Source of the DNA: Macrostomum lignano
Taxonomy: Eukaryota
Direction of reading: 5' to 3'
Assembly: GCA_002269645.1 (NCBI GenBank)
Contig: NIVC01003182.1
Span: 49,595-113,594 of the forward strand
DNA length: 64,000 nucleotides
Shown: piece by piece, positions 32,573 through 44,507 of the stretch
Position numbering within the stretch: the stretch's first letter is position 1
Layout: the number at the start of each line of letters is the position of its first letter
The notes under the pieces: generated by a model
Seen by the model: the letters and a program-made list of their open reading frames with translations, nothing else
Told to the model about the DNA's origin: nothing
Database searches by the model: none
Position numbers and translations under genes: made by a program

Positions 32573-35500
32573 ACAACAACAACAACAACAACAAGGTTAT
32601 ATACGCATGCAGCCCCACATGCAAGGTCACTGCAGTTAGAGCACGGTGCGTCAGATGGCAGTATAGAGCCGCAGAGCCTGAGAGCAGATGAAGTCCGCCC
32701 CGTTAGTAGTGTCAGGCACCCCGGCGTCACACAGGAGACAGTCTGCGTATCGATGAGTTTGGGCCTGACCCGTTGGAACTGGCCCTACAAGGCCCTACAA
32801 GCAACAGAACGTCCTGAGCAAGTTGGGAGCAGTAGCCCTAAGCTTAGGGCTTAGGGCTTAAGCCCGGATCACTAACTGATGGCCCGCCTGTTAAAGTCGC
32901 CAGTTGAAGGATGATGGACGGGCCCTGCAGCTTGGCCTGACCGTACAGGGCCTCGGTCCCGACGCTCTCGTCAGCTCAAAAAGCCGCACGGAGATGCCCT
33001 GATCAGAGTTCGCCGAGTCCAACTGCCGCTCCAGCGTAGCCGTCAGCATCCACGTCTCGGCGTTGTATATAGGACGACGGTTTCGACCACCGCCTGGCAC
33101 AGCCGAGCCCTCTGGCGGTCGGGCAGCGCTTCGGACTGGAGGACGGCCCGGATCGAACGGAAGGCCGCCCAGGCAAGTTCGCCGCCGCCGGAGATGGCAT
33201 CGCTGGCAACCGCTGGCATCGTGCGAGCTTGGTCGTCTGCACGTCAGGTCCGCTGTGATGTCGGTCGGCGCTCGATGCCACCTCGACCAGCCTGTCGATT
33301 TGACGCTGGGCGCCTTCAACGGACGAGGACAGGAGGGCGAGGTCGTCGGCGTAGCCAAAGAACGCTCTCAGGCGCTTTTTGCTGTGGCGGTGACCGATGC
33401 GTCTGCGCAGCAGGAAGCCGTCGTCAGCCGAGGGGAGTGCGGTCCGAAGCACCCAGTCCAGCAGCAGCACGAAGAGGAACGGCGCAAGCGTGTCGCCCTG
33501 CAGAACTCCTGATGAAGTGTCGAACACGTCAGACCGGCCGTCCGCCGTCACCACAGCAGCTCGAGTATCGCAATACAGCGCCATGACAGCGTCGATTAGC
33601 TGCAGCGTGACCCCGTAGGCTCGAAGGACGAAGGAAGAGCGGCTCTCAACACCGAGTCAAACGCCTTTCGAAAGTCAACGAAGACAATGATCAGAGTAGA
33701 CTGGCGGATGCGCGCCTCCTCGATAACTAGGCGGAGTGCAAGGATGAGGATCTGTGTCACTGTACCGCGTTGCGGCCGGAATCCGTTCTGCTCGTACCGC
33801 AGGTACGCGTCCAGCACAGACTGCAGGCGATCGAGCAGCAGCCGGTTGAAGAGCTTCGCGATGCAGGACATCAGCGAGATCCCGCGGTGGTCTTCTTTCC
33901 GCGTTGTCCCTGCCTTCTTCGAGATCGGCATGATGTGCATGACGGTCCACTCGGTGGGCGCAGGAGTGCCGGCGAGCACGCGGTTCATGACGCCTGTGAC
34001 CTGGGAGGCCACACAGCGGAGCCGCAGCGCTTCGACCGGAACTTCGTCGGGGCCGAGCGCCTTGCCGCCTGGTGTTTTTCGAGCGAACAGCACAACGCCC
34101 TCCGTGGTGACTGGGCTGGTGCAGAAGTCCTCCTTAGCTGGGAGCGACGTGTCCAGTGGAAGCGCAAAACTTGCGGGCAGCGGCGATGCGGGCGCGTTCA
34201 CAATACTGGCGAAGAAAGCCGCGTAATTTATTCCTGCGCTCCTCCGAGGTGTCGTCGACCAGGTTCAGCGCCACGCGCTTTTCGCGCCCCGTCAGAGTCC
34301 GGACGGCCGTCCACACTGCGCGGTTCTTTACGTTGGGGCCGGCTGCAGTGATGGACCGGACGGCGTCGTCGACAGCGGCCTGCTGCCGCTCATCTGGAAG
34401 GCGCTCAAACGCGTCTTTAGCGTCGGCCGTGGGCCGCCGGTGTCTGCGGAGTCGCTCGATGTTTAGCCGGGCCTGCCTGATGGTCGGGTCGCTCTGCCAG
34501 GCAGTGATTTCTGCGCTGGACGCATCAGCGGGACCGTCTGTTCTGCAGCGGCTCTAACGGCGGTGCTGATGTCGGAATATTCCGCCTCGCGCTGGTCTCC
34601 AAGCGCACCGACGAAGCCGCCCGCGAAATGACGCTTCGCGCAGGTGTCCAACAGAGCGTGATAGTAGCGCCGTAGCCGCTTCTTTGGCGGTCGGTAGAAC
34701 TGGTCGTGGAGCCGCAAGTCGCAGAGCGGGAGTTGATGGTCTTACTGGAAAGCCAGCAGAGCCATGGTATCGCAGTTGGTGACGCGTCGGCGCTCTCGAG
34801 TGCGAACCAGCGCATCATAGAATTGCGCCAGTCTCCTCGTGGCGTTCCGCCCGCTTGCGTTCCACCGCCTTCTCTTGCAGCCCGCAAAGGTGACCAGGCG
34901 GGCAGGGGGCTTGTGGAACTGGGTATTCGCGGACACCAGGTCCAGCTGGTCAAGCAGGTCGTCCAGCGCATCGGTGTTGGCATTCTCGCGTCCCGCAGCA
35001 AAGAGCGAGCGCTCGGACCTCAGAGGAACTGCATTCAGGTCTCTGAGTTCCTCAAGGGTGTCGCGGTTTGGCACCTCTTCCAGCTTCCCTGCCAGGAAGT
35101 TGAAGAAGGCACGAGCCTCCTCGGAGTGAGCAGCAGTGGGTGCATAGGCCCAGAACAGCCGGATGCAGCGGGCACGCAGGCGCAGGTCGACCCGCATCAG
35201 TCGCAGGGACAGCGAAGCGCAGTGCACGCTCCGCCGAAGGCGCGTTCCGATTAGCACGCCGACACCGCCCTGGCCGCGTTCGTCTACAGGAGGCTTCAGC
35301 CGGCTCCGAGGTCCTCAGAGTGGAGCCCCGGCTCAGCCACGATAGAAACCTCCAGCAGCATGATGAGGTCCAGCTGTACATGCAGGTTGTGAGCCAGCTG
35401 GACGAGAATGATGCGACGCCAGGGGCCTCAAATTTCGGCAGTTCATCGTGCCGAGTCTGAGGCGGCCACCTGTTACAGCTGCGGCCAGAGGGAGATTGGC

Positions 35501-35750
35501 CTCGTGGTCCACCCGGCGGATCCATAGTTGAAATAGCAGGGACGAGGGCAACAGGCGCCTGGCCGCGCCACAGAGTTGCCCTCGCCAGTCTCGCTTGCGC
35601 CGGACTCTGTGTGTCCCTGCTGTGCTGAGCTTTGCTGCCGCAGCCGAGGCGCGCGGCCGTCCGAGCCAACCGAGCTCATGCGCGCGGTCCGGTGATCTGG
35701 CCGCGATGCCCAGGAGCTGTTGGCACTATTTGCATAGGTGTACAAATATA
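32573..35750 (-). mobile_element. Non-LTR retrotransposon, APE-RT type (RTE-like), near full length, frameshifted
   Basis: AP endonuclease (LGTMNCRNL, GGVGVLI, AYAPTA; about 35470-34742). RT (HRGISLMSCIAKLFNR, QNGFRPQRG, FVDFRKAFDSV, GVLQGDTLAPFLF, YADDLAL; 34201-33003). (TTG)n tail at 32573-32593. Several frameshifts, no TSD found. Clade assignment is tentative. Confidence 0.85.
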
Positions 35751-35990
35751 CAATAAAATTAACAGGTAAACTCTATGCAATTTATCTTATCAGCAGAATC
35801 ACACTTTGTTATATCATAATTACGATCTAGAATTTTACATGCATATATATTGTTCTATAGTGAAGAAATTTCATGAGATTAGCATACCAGCAGAGAGCGA
35901 CTCGGTACAGTGTACATGTCAAGGACGGCTTTAAGTAACTTTTACGCAATTAGTGATCAGTGAGCAACAGCTTATTAGTCACCAGAGAAG

Positions 35991-38900
35991 CTACGCCACT
36001 AGAACAGCATGCTCAATGTCATCTAGCACCAATTGATCATTTTTATTAGCACAAGTCTGTGCGTCAGCGGTGGTTGCTGATTGCCGCGGCTCAGGAGCGA
36101 CTTTTCTTGGCCGGCCGAATTGAAACGTCATCCTCGCTTCACCGCTGGCTCCGGTCTTTGGCATGCGGAGTTTTATTGCCAAAGCCACGGCGGCCAATGT
36201 CACAATTAGGCCGATGGTTGCAGCCGAGATAACAAACGTTGATAACAGATCAAGAAACCATCTGTCACTCACGGATGGTTGAGTTGTACTTTTCCACAGT
36301 GGTGGTCTTGTAACTGTAAAGGTCTCTGCTGTTCCTGTCTCTGCCGTTGCTGTCTCTGCCGTTGCTGTCTCTGCCGTCGCTGTCTCTGCCGTTGCTGTCT
36401 CTGCCGTCGCTGTCTCTGCCGTTGCTGTCTCTGCCGTTGCTGTCTCTGCTGTTCCTGTCTCTGCCGTTGCTGTCTCTGCCGTTGCTGTCTCTGCCGTTGC
36501 TGTCTCTGCCGTTGCTGTCTCTGCTGTTCCTGTCTCTGCCGTTGCTGTCTCTGCCGTTGCTGTCTCTGCCGTTGCTGTCTCTGCCGTTGCTGTCTCTGCC
36601 GTTGCTGTCTCTGCCGTTGTTGTCTCTGCCGTTGCTGTCTCTGCTGTTCCTGTCTCTGCCGTTGCTGTCTCTGCCGTTGCTGTCTCTGCTGTTCCTGTCT
36701 CTGCCGTTGCTGTCTCTGCCGTTGCTGTCTCTGCCGTTGCTGTCTCTGCCGTTGCTGTCTCTGCCGTTGCTGTCTCTGCTGTCGCTGTCTCTGCTGTTCC
36801 TGTCTCTGCTGTTCCTATTTCTGCTGTTCCTGTCTCTGCAGTTCCTGTCTCTGCAGTTCCTGCTTCTAGAGTTCCTGTTGTTGGGTCCATTGTGGTCGGT
36901 TCCATTATAGTTGGTTCCAGTGTGGTTGGTTCCAGTGTGGTTGGTTCCATTGTGGTCGGTTCCATTATAGTTGGTTCCAGTGTGGTTGGTTCCATTGTGG
37001 TCGGTTCCATTATAGTTGGTTCCAGTGTGGTTGGTTCCATTGTGGTTGGTTCCATTGTCGTTGGCTCCAGTGTGGTCGGTTCCATTGTCGTTGGTTCAAG
37101 TGTGGTCGGTTCCAGTGTGGTCGGTTCCATTGTGGTCGGTTCCATTGTAGTCGGTTCCATTGTGGTCGGTTCCAGTGTGGTTGGTTCCATTGTGGTCGGT
37201 TCCAGTGTGGTCGGTTCCATTGTAGTCGGTTCCATTGTGGTCGGTTCCAGTGTGGTCGGTTCCAGTGTGGTCGGTTCCAGTGTGGTTGGTTCCAGTGTGG
37301 TTGGTTCCAGTGTGGTCGGTTCCAATGTGGTCGGTTCCAGTGTGGTCGGTTCCAGTGTGGTCGGTTCCATTGTGGTTGGTTCCATTGTAGTCGGTTCCAT
37401 TGTGGTCGGTTCCAGTGTGGTCGGTTCCATTGTGGTTGGTTCCAGTGTGGTCAGTTCCATTGTGGTTGGTTCCATTGTAGTCGGTTCCATTGTGGTCGGT
37501 TCCATTGTGGTCGGTTCCATTGTGGTTGGTTCCGTTGTGGTTGGTTCCAGTGTGGTCGGTTCCAGTGTGGTCGGTTCCATTGTAGTCGGTTCCATTGTGG
37601 TCGGTTCCAGTGTGGTTGGTTCCAGTGTGGTTGGTTCCAGTGTGGTCGGTTCCAGTGTGGTCGGTTCCAGTGTGGTCGGTTCCAGTGTGGTCGGTTCCAG
37701 TGTGGTCGGTTCCAGTGTGGTCGGTTCCAGTGTGGTCGGTTCCAGTGTGGTCGGTTCCAGTGTGGTCGGTTCCAGTGTGGTTGGTTCCAGTGTGGTCAGT
37801 TCCATTGTGATTGGTTCCATTGTAGTCGGTTCCAGTGTGGTCGGTTCCAGTGTGGTCGGTTCCAGTGTGGTCGGTTCCAGTGTGGTCGGTTCCAGTGTGG
37901 TCGGTTCCAGTGTGGTCGGTTCCAGTGTGGTCGGTTCCAGTGTGGTCGGTTCCAGTGTGGTCGGTTCCAGTGTGGTCGGTTCCAGTGTGGTCGGTTCCAG
38001 TGTGGTCGGTTCCAGTGTGGTCGGTTCCAGTGTGGTCGGTTCCAGTGTGGTCGGTTCCAGTGTGGTCGGTTCCAGTGTGGTCGGGTCCGATGTCGCCTCT
38101 TCCGTAGTGGTTATCGGATCGCTCAGCTTGCAAATGAACCAAATAGTTTCATTTCCGCCGTTGTTTCTATACCGGAAGCGTTGATTTTCCAGTTCGGTTA
38201 TTGCCGATTGGAAGGATCTTGCATCTGGTGGCTTTGGATGCCCCACGTACCAGTCAGATGCTGTCCTACAGTGTGCAAGAAAGAAAAGCGCCAAGAGTTA
38301 GATGGATATATTGTAACTTTTACAGGTACAGGTAACTTCTAAGAGCCATTAACAACTGAAGCAATGTACATGTATGGTAGAAGAACGCTGCGGTATCAAT
38401 TTCATTTTTTCTTTAAGGTACGAGCGTATATTTGAATAACATTAGAATCTGAAATCGACAGTCTCTCACCTTGATCTAGTTAAATTTATTTCAATTTAGG
38501 CTAGTACAAGTAATAAGATTTGTGTTGTGCTATATAAAAAATGTTATTTAACGTAGTTGCAAGATATGTCTATTATAAGTACCGTCTTAAGTAGCTAAAG
38601 GTGCATTATATTTTTATATTATGCAATATTTTGCTTCTTCTGCTGTAAGTAACGTGTAATGAAAATCATAGGTATAAGTATTGTTTTGACATCATCAATC
38701 GTACATTTTTTCATAATTGCTCTATTTTCAATACAGAAGTTTCGAAACATGCTTGTAGCGTAATTTGTTAACTCATAATTCATTTTGAAGCGAAAACCAC
38801 ACCAGAGTTAAGTGCAGCATTCTTCTACGTACAAAGTACAGACAGCTACTTTTGTTATTAAAAACCATAAAAAGTTACAAAAACGATTCATATTGCCTCA

Positions 38901-40082
38901 CAGAATGTCATCTTTTACTGGCGGGCCATTGCCTCTCCGCCAGTAGAAGTCGCATGGCGCCTGTTGCTCCCTGTAAAGGGCCACCCAGGCTGCATCCATC
39001 AGTCCGCAGTTTTTGCAACTGCCCCGTTGAGCTCTCAGATCCCAGGATTGACTGCCGACCCAGGCCTGAATTGGAGCGTACAGGTATAACAATTGGTTTC
39101 ACAACCCAAAAGAAATATTCACAAGCCCGAAAATTTGCACAAACACCTAAAAACATCTTACCAAGTTTGGAAACTCCGTCAGTAGCTAATCATTGGAAAC
39201 TCCTTGACATTTCAGTAGCTAATCATTGGAAACTCCCTGACATTTCAGTAGCTAATCATTGGAAACTCCCTGACATTTCAGTAGCTAATCATTGGAAACT
39301 CCCTGACATTTCAGTAGCTAATCATTGGAAACTCCCTGATATTTCAGTAGCTAATCATTGTAAACTCCCTGATATTTCAGTAGCTAATCATTGGAAACTC
39401 CCTGACATTTCAGTAGCTAATCATTGGAAACTCCCTGACATTTCAGTAGCTAATCATTGGAAACTCCCTGACATTTCCGTAGCTAATCATTGGAAACTCC
39501 TTGACATTTCAGTAGCTAATCATTGGAAACTCCCTGATATTTCAGTAGCTAATCATTGGAAACTCCCTGACATTTCAGTAGCTAATCATTGGAAACTCCC
39601 TGACATTTCCGTAGCTAATCATTGGAAACTCCTTGACATTTCAGTAGCTAATCATTGGAAACTCCCTGATATTTCAGTAGCTAATCATTGGAAACTCCCT
39701 GATATTTCAGTAGCTAATCATTGTAAAATCTCTGATGTTTCAGTAGTTTGTTAATGTAAACTCCAGAATATTTCCGTAGCGTTTTTGAACACTGAAAAAG
39801 TCTAACAGTTTCCTTTCTAACAGATGGCTGAAACATAAATAATCTCACCTTTTCATCCAGCGAGTCCAACCACAGCAATCCGCAATTGTCTTCCAGTTCC
39901 TGACAGAAAGTCGTGGCAGCTGAGTGGGACTGACCAAACTCGCCATTAACCAGCAGGTAACAGTTCTGATTGTAGCTCAGCCAGTTGGTGTCGGGACAAC
40001 TGACAGATTCCACACAATTTGGAGCACTGCTCAAAGTCTGTAGGATTAATAAAATTAAAACTGTTCTCTTTGAATTTGTCAT
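35991..40082 (-). CDS. Type I membrane protein: signal peptide, C-type lectin-like domain, Thr/Glu-rich mucin stalk, TM, short tail (890 aa)
   Basis: Exons 40082-39849, 39065-38902, 38265-35991 join in phase (2673 nt). CTLD hallmarks SCPDTNWLSYNQNCY, AATTFCQ, AWVAL, FYWRRG, WFICK; (EPTTL/M)n and (TAETA/G)n stalk; TM LLSTFVISAATIGLIVTLAAVALAI. Confidence 0.82.
36320..36860 (-). repeat. Coding 15-bp tandem array (TAETA/TAETG), about 36 units
   Basis: Plus-strand unit GCCGTTGCTGTCTCT. Confidence 0.92.
36890..38085 (-). repeat. Coding 15-bp tandem array (EPTTL/EPTTM), about 80 units
   Basis: Plus-strand unit TCCAGTGTGGTCGGT. Confidence 0.95.
39170..39740. repeat. 33-bp intronic minisatellite, 17 copies
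   Basis: Unit ATTTCAGTAGCTAATCATTGGAAACTCCCTGAC in intron 1 of the lectin gene. Confidence 0.93.
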
Positions 40083-40499
40083 ATTCACTGACGAGTTCTA
40101 ACTCGGAGGCTAACGGGTTTTATCGCTTTCTCACCTCTCTCTGTACGTAGCCATGCAGCACTAAACGCCAGTAATTAAATGCAGCAGAGTTTTGCTTTTC
40201 TCCATTGATTAGATAACAAAAATTATTTTAGTGCATTTGAGCTACAGAAGAATAACTGCATTTCACTTTTTTATCAGCTGAACTTTATTCGTTGGCTTCT
40301 GTTGAAATAAGCCTAGCAGATTTGGTAACCAAACGAGACATGTTTGTTTGCTTACAGACACTCTGAACAATCTTGTGACAGCTATAAATAATACAGATTT
40401 GTTAAAATGGCGAACCGACCGAGGGACAGGGGGACATGTCCCACCCAGTAAAAGCTATGGAAATCAATATTTTTTGTTCAGGACGCCAAAATATTGCGC

Positions 40500-40800
40500 T
40501 TTCGGCGCTAAAATGAGTGTCTGTCTGCGGCGCCAAAATGAGTGCCTGTTGCGCTAAAATGAGTGCCCGCGGCGCTAAAATGAGTGCCTGCGGCGCCAAA
40601 ATGAGTGCCTGCGGCGCTAAAATGAGTGCCTGCGGCGCTAAAATGAGTGCCCGCGGCGCTAAAATGAGGGTCTGTGGCGCCAAAATGAGTGTCTGCGGCG
40701 CCAAAATGAGTGTCTAAGGCGCCAAAATGAGTGCCTGCGGCGCCAAAATGAGTGTCTGCGGCGCCAAAATGAGTGTCTGAGGCGCTAAAATGAGTACTGA
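40500..40800. repeat. 21-bp minisatellite, about 14 copies
   Basis: Unit GCGGCGC(T/C)AAAATGAGTGCCT upstream of the lectin gene. Confidence 0.9.
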
Positions 40801-42387
40801 CAACACTGATTCCTAAAATAATGTAGGATGTTAATTTAGTCATGTAGAATTCTTGGCTTAGACAGAAAAGGCATGTTTATATCAGACCTTTAGCGCTTAG
40901 CTGACACGTAATGTCATTTTGAATTGCTAAATATAGTCAATATCAAATAACAAAGCTAAGCTACCTATTTATCATTGTAATCCTTGGCTTAGGAAACATA
41001 GTAACGCAATAGTATAGCCTTTCATTTTCGTGATAGCCACTGAAAAAAGTCAGCAACATTCCCCAAAGCCTCTATATATGAGCTATATTCAATTTAGATG
41101 TGAGCGCCCTCTTAGCGGCAGATGAATGGGTGCGTACTCGTAAATGAGACATGAAAGTGACTGCATGCGGTCTTCAACGGCCGTTTTCAGTTTTCATAAT
41201 CCTTTTTGAAGAGGCCAACAATGGGACCAAACAGCTGACCTTTAACCTACTCTCTGACCTTTCCAACGGATTAAACAGCGGTATTCAGACAGTAAAGATA
41301 GTGGTAATCCAATCAAAGCTAATAACAAACACTTGAACTTTCTACTAACTATACTTTCTGTGCTTAGACGTGACAATCCTCTGTGCAATTCGAATGCAAG
41401 TAGTTTACACCGTGATCACAGTTTCTAGTCACATGACTTCCAATAGCAAATTCGTTATAGAATGATAGCTTTTTATGAGATTGTTTGCCACACTGAGGGA
41501 TAAAGCACGCAACTACTTTGATTTAAGCGACGCTAACCTTTGACGGGGAGGACATCTTCGCGGCCGCCTGTCTCCAAAGGCAAAGAACAGAAAAGTCGCA
41601 AGACCTGTGAAACAAAAAAAGTGAAAAAAAGCAGGCTGTACAAAGAGATCAAGCGAATGCTTGGAAGAAGCCCCGGCTCTTTTGTCTAATTTCATTTGGT
41701 TCCACGTATAAAGAGGCGCAAAATCGGCTGTGAGCAAAGTTCTCACTGCAGTTAGCTGATGTGCATGAAAGTATGCAAAAACGCACAGTTGCATAGATGG
41801 TATGCACTAAAGCACTGGGTACGCTTTGTGTAAAATTATAGGCTGTCGAAAGTATTAAGCCAATAAGTACTTTGGTATAAAGGTTTCTTTCTTTGGGGAA
41901 AAACTTTGTGACAGCAGTTTTGCTTTTAACCTACTATTAGTAGCTATAGCCTGGGGAAATGTTAGAGTTAGGTTAGGTAGAAGATTATGGAGGCAGTCTT
42001 TCATGACTGTTGTTGTTGTATACTGTTGTTGTTGTTGTTACTGTATTACAATATGACAGACAGTGAATCACACTGTTTATGACTAAACTATGACAATATG
42101 ACTGACAGTGAATCATACTGTTTGTGACTGATATTGTGACATAGTGACACGATGAACTTTGCTATAGGTTGTATGCACTGTAGTTTTGACTCACTAGCAG
42201 TGGAGTTGTTATTGATCGGCTTAGAGATTGTATTTTATTCCACCCCACCCCATGCGCGCGTTTGAATCTGTCTGCACCCACCACCTCAGTGCTAAATAAT
42301 AAATGTTAACAGCCTAGCTCTCAAGCGAGCACCTTTTACTCACTCCTGCAATTCCACACTTCTGCCTCGCTTAACAAAGTTATCACA

Positions 42388-43217
42388 ATGGCGACGAGTC
42401 TGCCCACGCTGGGCCAACTGCTACCATCTACAAACATCGAGATCTTCCTAGAGCGTCTCGAGCAGTACTTCATCTGCAAGGAGGTGAATGATGAGGCAAA
42501 AGTGGCAACTCTGATCACGTCGATTGGAGAGGAGGCTTACATCACACTGCGGAGTCTGTGCCAGCCGGTCCAAGTGGCGCAGAAGTCTTACGCTGACCTG
42601 AAGAAGCTGCTGACAACGCACTTCGCACCCAAGCCTTCGGAGCTAGCTGCGAGGTTCCGTTTCCAACAACGAACTCAGCAAGCAGGCGAGAGCTTCACGG
42701 CATTCATCGCGGGGCTCCAGGCTCTGTCAGCTGACTGCAACTTCGGTGAGTCGCTAAATGAGCGGCTCCGAGACCAACTCGTGTTCGGTCTTCGAAGCGA
42801 CGCCTATCGAGCCAAGCTGCTGGAAGTCGTTGAGCCGACTTTCGAATCCCTGCAAACAAAGGCTATGTCGCTGGAGTCTGCAGAGCGTTCGTCCCTGGAG
42901 ATGTCACAAAGGGCATCGGAGTCTGTTGCCAATCTGCAATTTGTCAGCAAGAGAGGTAGCCGCAAGCAGGTGACACCTTCAGCGCACCACAGAGGGCATC
43001 GGGTCAGCGGCAGCGACAACGACGCAGCGGCAACGGCGGCAGCGGCAACGGCAGCGGCAACGGCAGCGGCAACGGTGGCGGTGGCAGCTCATGCAAAAGC
43101 TGTGGTGGTTCCCACGAGCGTCATTCATGCAAGTTCAGGGACGCCAAGTGCCATGCATGCGGCAAGGTCGGCCATATCCGCAAGGTCTGCCAGTCCACCA
43201 AGCAGGCCAAGCTACAC
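42388..43217 (+). CDS. gag: Gag with one frameshift before the Cys/His knuckles
   Basis: IEIFLERLEQYF, LITSIGEEAY, RFRFQQRTQQAGE, RLRDQLVFGL. Knuckles CKSCGGSH and CHACGKVGHIRKVC are in the -1 frame, which is open from about 42960 into the pol ORF. Confidence 0.8.
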
Positions 43218-44507
43218 ATGCTGCAAGAGGAGCGGATGGCACCTACTGTCGAAGGCGCGTGTGGCACCCAGGTGCCCATTTTCGCAGTCCGACCAACAGG
43301 CAGCAACGCTGGACCGACAGTCATGCTGCTCGTCAACGGCCAGGAATGCCAGTTTGTCATCGACACCGGCTCTGCAGTCACGCTGATGCATGACTCTGCA
43401 GCCCAGCAGCTACAGCTACCGCTGCTTGTAGTCGACAAAGGGGACACGGCACTGCTGGGACGAGACTGGCTGGCTCACCTTCGGCTGGACTGGCCGACAA
43501 TTATGGCCCAGGTGCACGCCGTGTCGACCGATAGCGACATCAGCGACTCGCTGTCCCGGCTGCCATTGCCGCAGCAGTTCGAGGAGAAGACAGCGGTTAA
43601 CTCGCTGCTGATCGACGAGGGCGCAGGTTCGGCCGCAACTGCAGCGACGGTGGCGCGGCTCACCAGGACGGATGCGGTGCTAGGGCGCGTGCTGCGCTGT
43701 CTGCAGACGGGTTCGACCATCTGCGCCGACCTGACCGACTTCGCCAGGCGCCAGAGCGAGCTGTCCATTGACCAGGGCTGCGTGCTGTGGGGCGCTCGAG
43801 TTGTGGTGCCAGCCGCCTTGCGACAACAAGTGTTGAACGAGCTGCACCAAGCCCACCCTGGCATCAGCCGCATGCGCGCCCTCGCGAGAAGCTACGTCTG
43901 GTGGCCAAGTATCGACAAAGACCTGGAAGCCGCAGTAAAAGCCTGTCGCACCTGCCAGCTCAATCAGGCGGATCCATCCAAGGCCCCGGTGCAGCCCTGG
44001 CCATTCCCGACTGAGCCATGGGAGCGGTTGCACATCGACTACGCGGGACCTGTGGACGGCCGCACTTACCTGGTCCTGGTCGACGCGCACAGTAAGTGGC
44101 CAGAGGTGCACAGGGTGAGCAGCACCACTGCAACTGCGACGATCAGCTGTCTGCGAGAAATCTTCGCTCGTCTCGGCCTACCGAGAACCTTGGTGTCGGA
44201 CAACGGGCCACAATTCGCTTCGGCCGAGTTCGCTGAGTTCGTCAGTTCCAACGGCATCCGGCACATCTTCTCGGCGCCATTCCACCCGGCGACCAACGGC
44301 CAGGCTGAGCGCTTCGTCCAGGTGCTGAAGCGGCATCTGAGTAAGTGCGGTCACTCCGACGCGCAACTTCAACGACTGCTGATGGCCTATCGCAACACTC
44401 CGCACAGCGTCAGTGGCACCGCGCCGAGTCAGCTGCTCATTGGCCGCCGGCTGCGCAGCCGGCTGGACCTCCTGACACCATCGTTGACTTCGGCCATGCA
44501 ACAGTGA
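43218..44507 (+). CDS. pol: Shortened protease fused in frame to a complete integrase
   Basis: VIDTGSAVTLM...LLGRDWL, then DSLSRLPLP (RNase H end), H2C2 finger (LHQAHPG...CRTC) and D,D(35)E core (LHIDYAGP, VSDNGPQF, NGQAERFV). No YxDD or other RT motif. Confidence 0.88.
   Translation: MLQEERMAPTVEGACGTQVPIFAVRPTGSNAGPTVMLLVNGQECQFVIDTGSAVTLMHDSAAQQLQLPLLVVDKGDTALLGRDWLAHLRLDWPTIMAQVHAVSTDSDISDSLSRLPLPQQFEEKTAVNSLLIDEGAGSAATAATVARLTRTDAVLGRVLRCLQTGSTICADLTDFARRQSELSIDQGCVLWGARVVVPAALRQQVLNELHQAHPGISRMRALARSYVWWPSIDKDLEAAVKACRTCQLNQADPSKAPVQPWPFPTEPWERLHIDYAGPVDGRTYLVLVDAHSKWPEVHRVSSTTATATISCLREIFARLGLPRTLVSDNGPQFASAEFAEFVSSNGIRHIFSAPFHPATNGQAERFVQVLKRHLSKCGHSDAQLQRLLMAYRNTPHSVSGTAPSQLLIGRRLRSRLDLLTPSLTSAMQQ

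Noticed and set aside
32835-32860. Interstitial telomere
   Set aside because: Only two TTAGGG units, inside a LINE 3' UTR palindrome.
33063-35669. Many plus-strand ORFs over the LINE (and similar ones over both Mag elements)
   Set aside because: Antisense shadows of GC-rich retroelement coding sequence with no motifs of their own.
36279-38184. Cys-rich, LSLP, VVGSS and TDHTG ORFs
   Set aside because: Alternative frames of the mucin arrays; only the EPTT/TAET frame links the lectin exons to a TM segment.
38852-39754. 300-aa ORF with ISVANHWKLPD repeats
   Set aside because: Antisense read-through of a 33-bp intronic minisatellite of the lectin gene.
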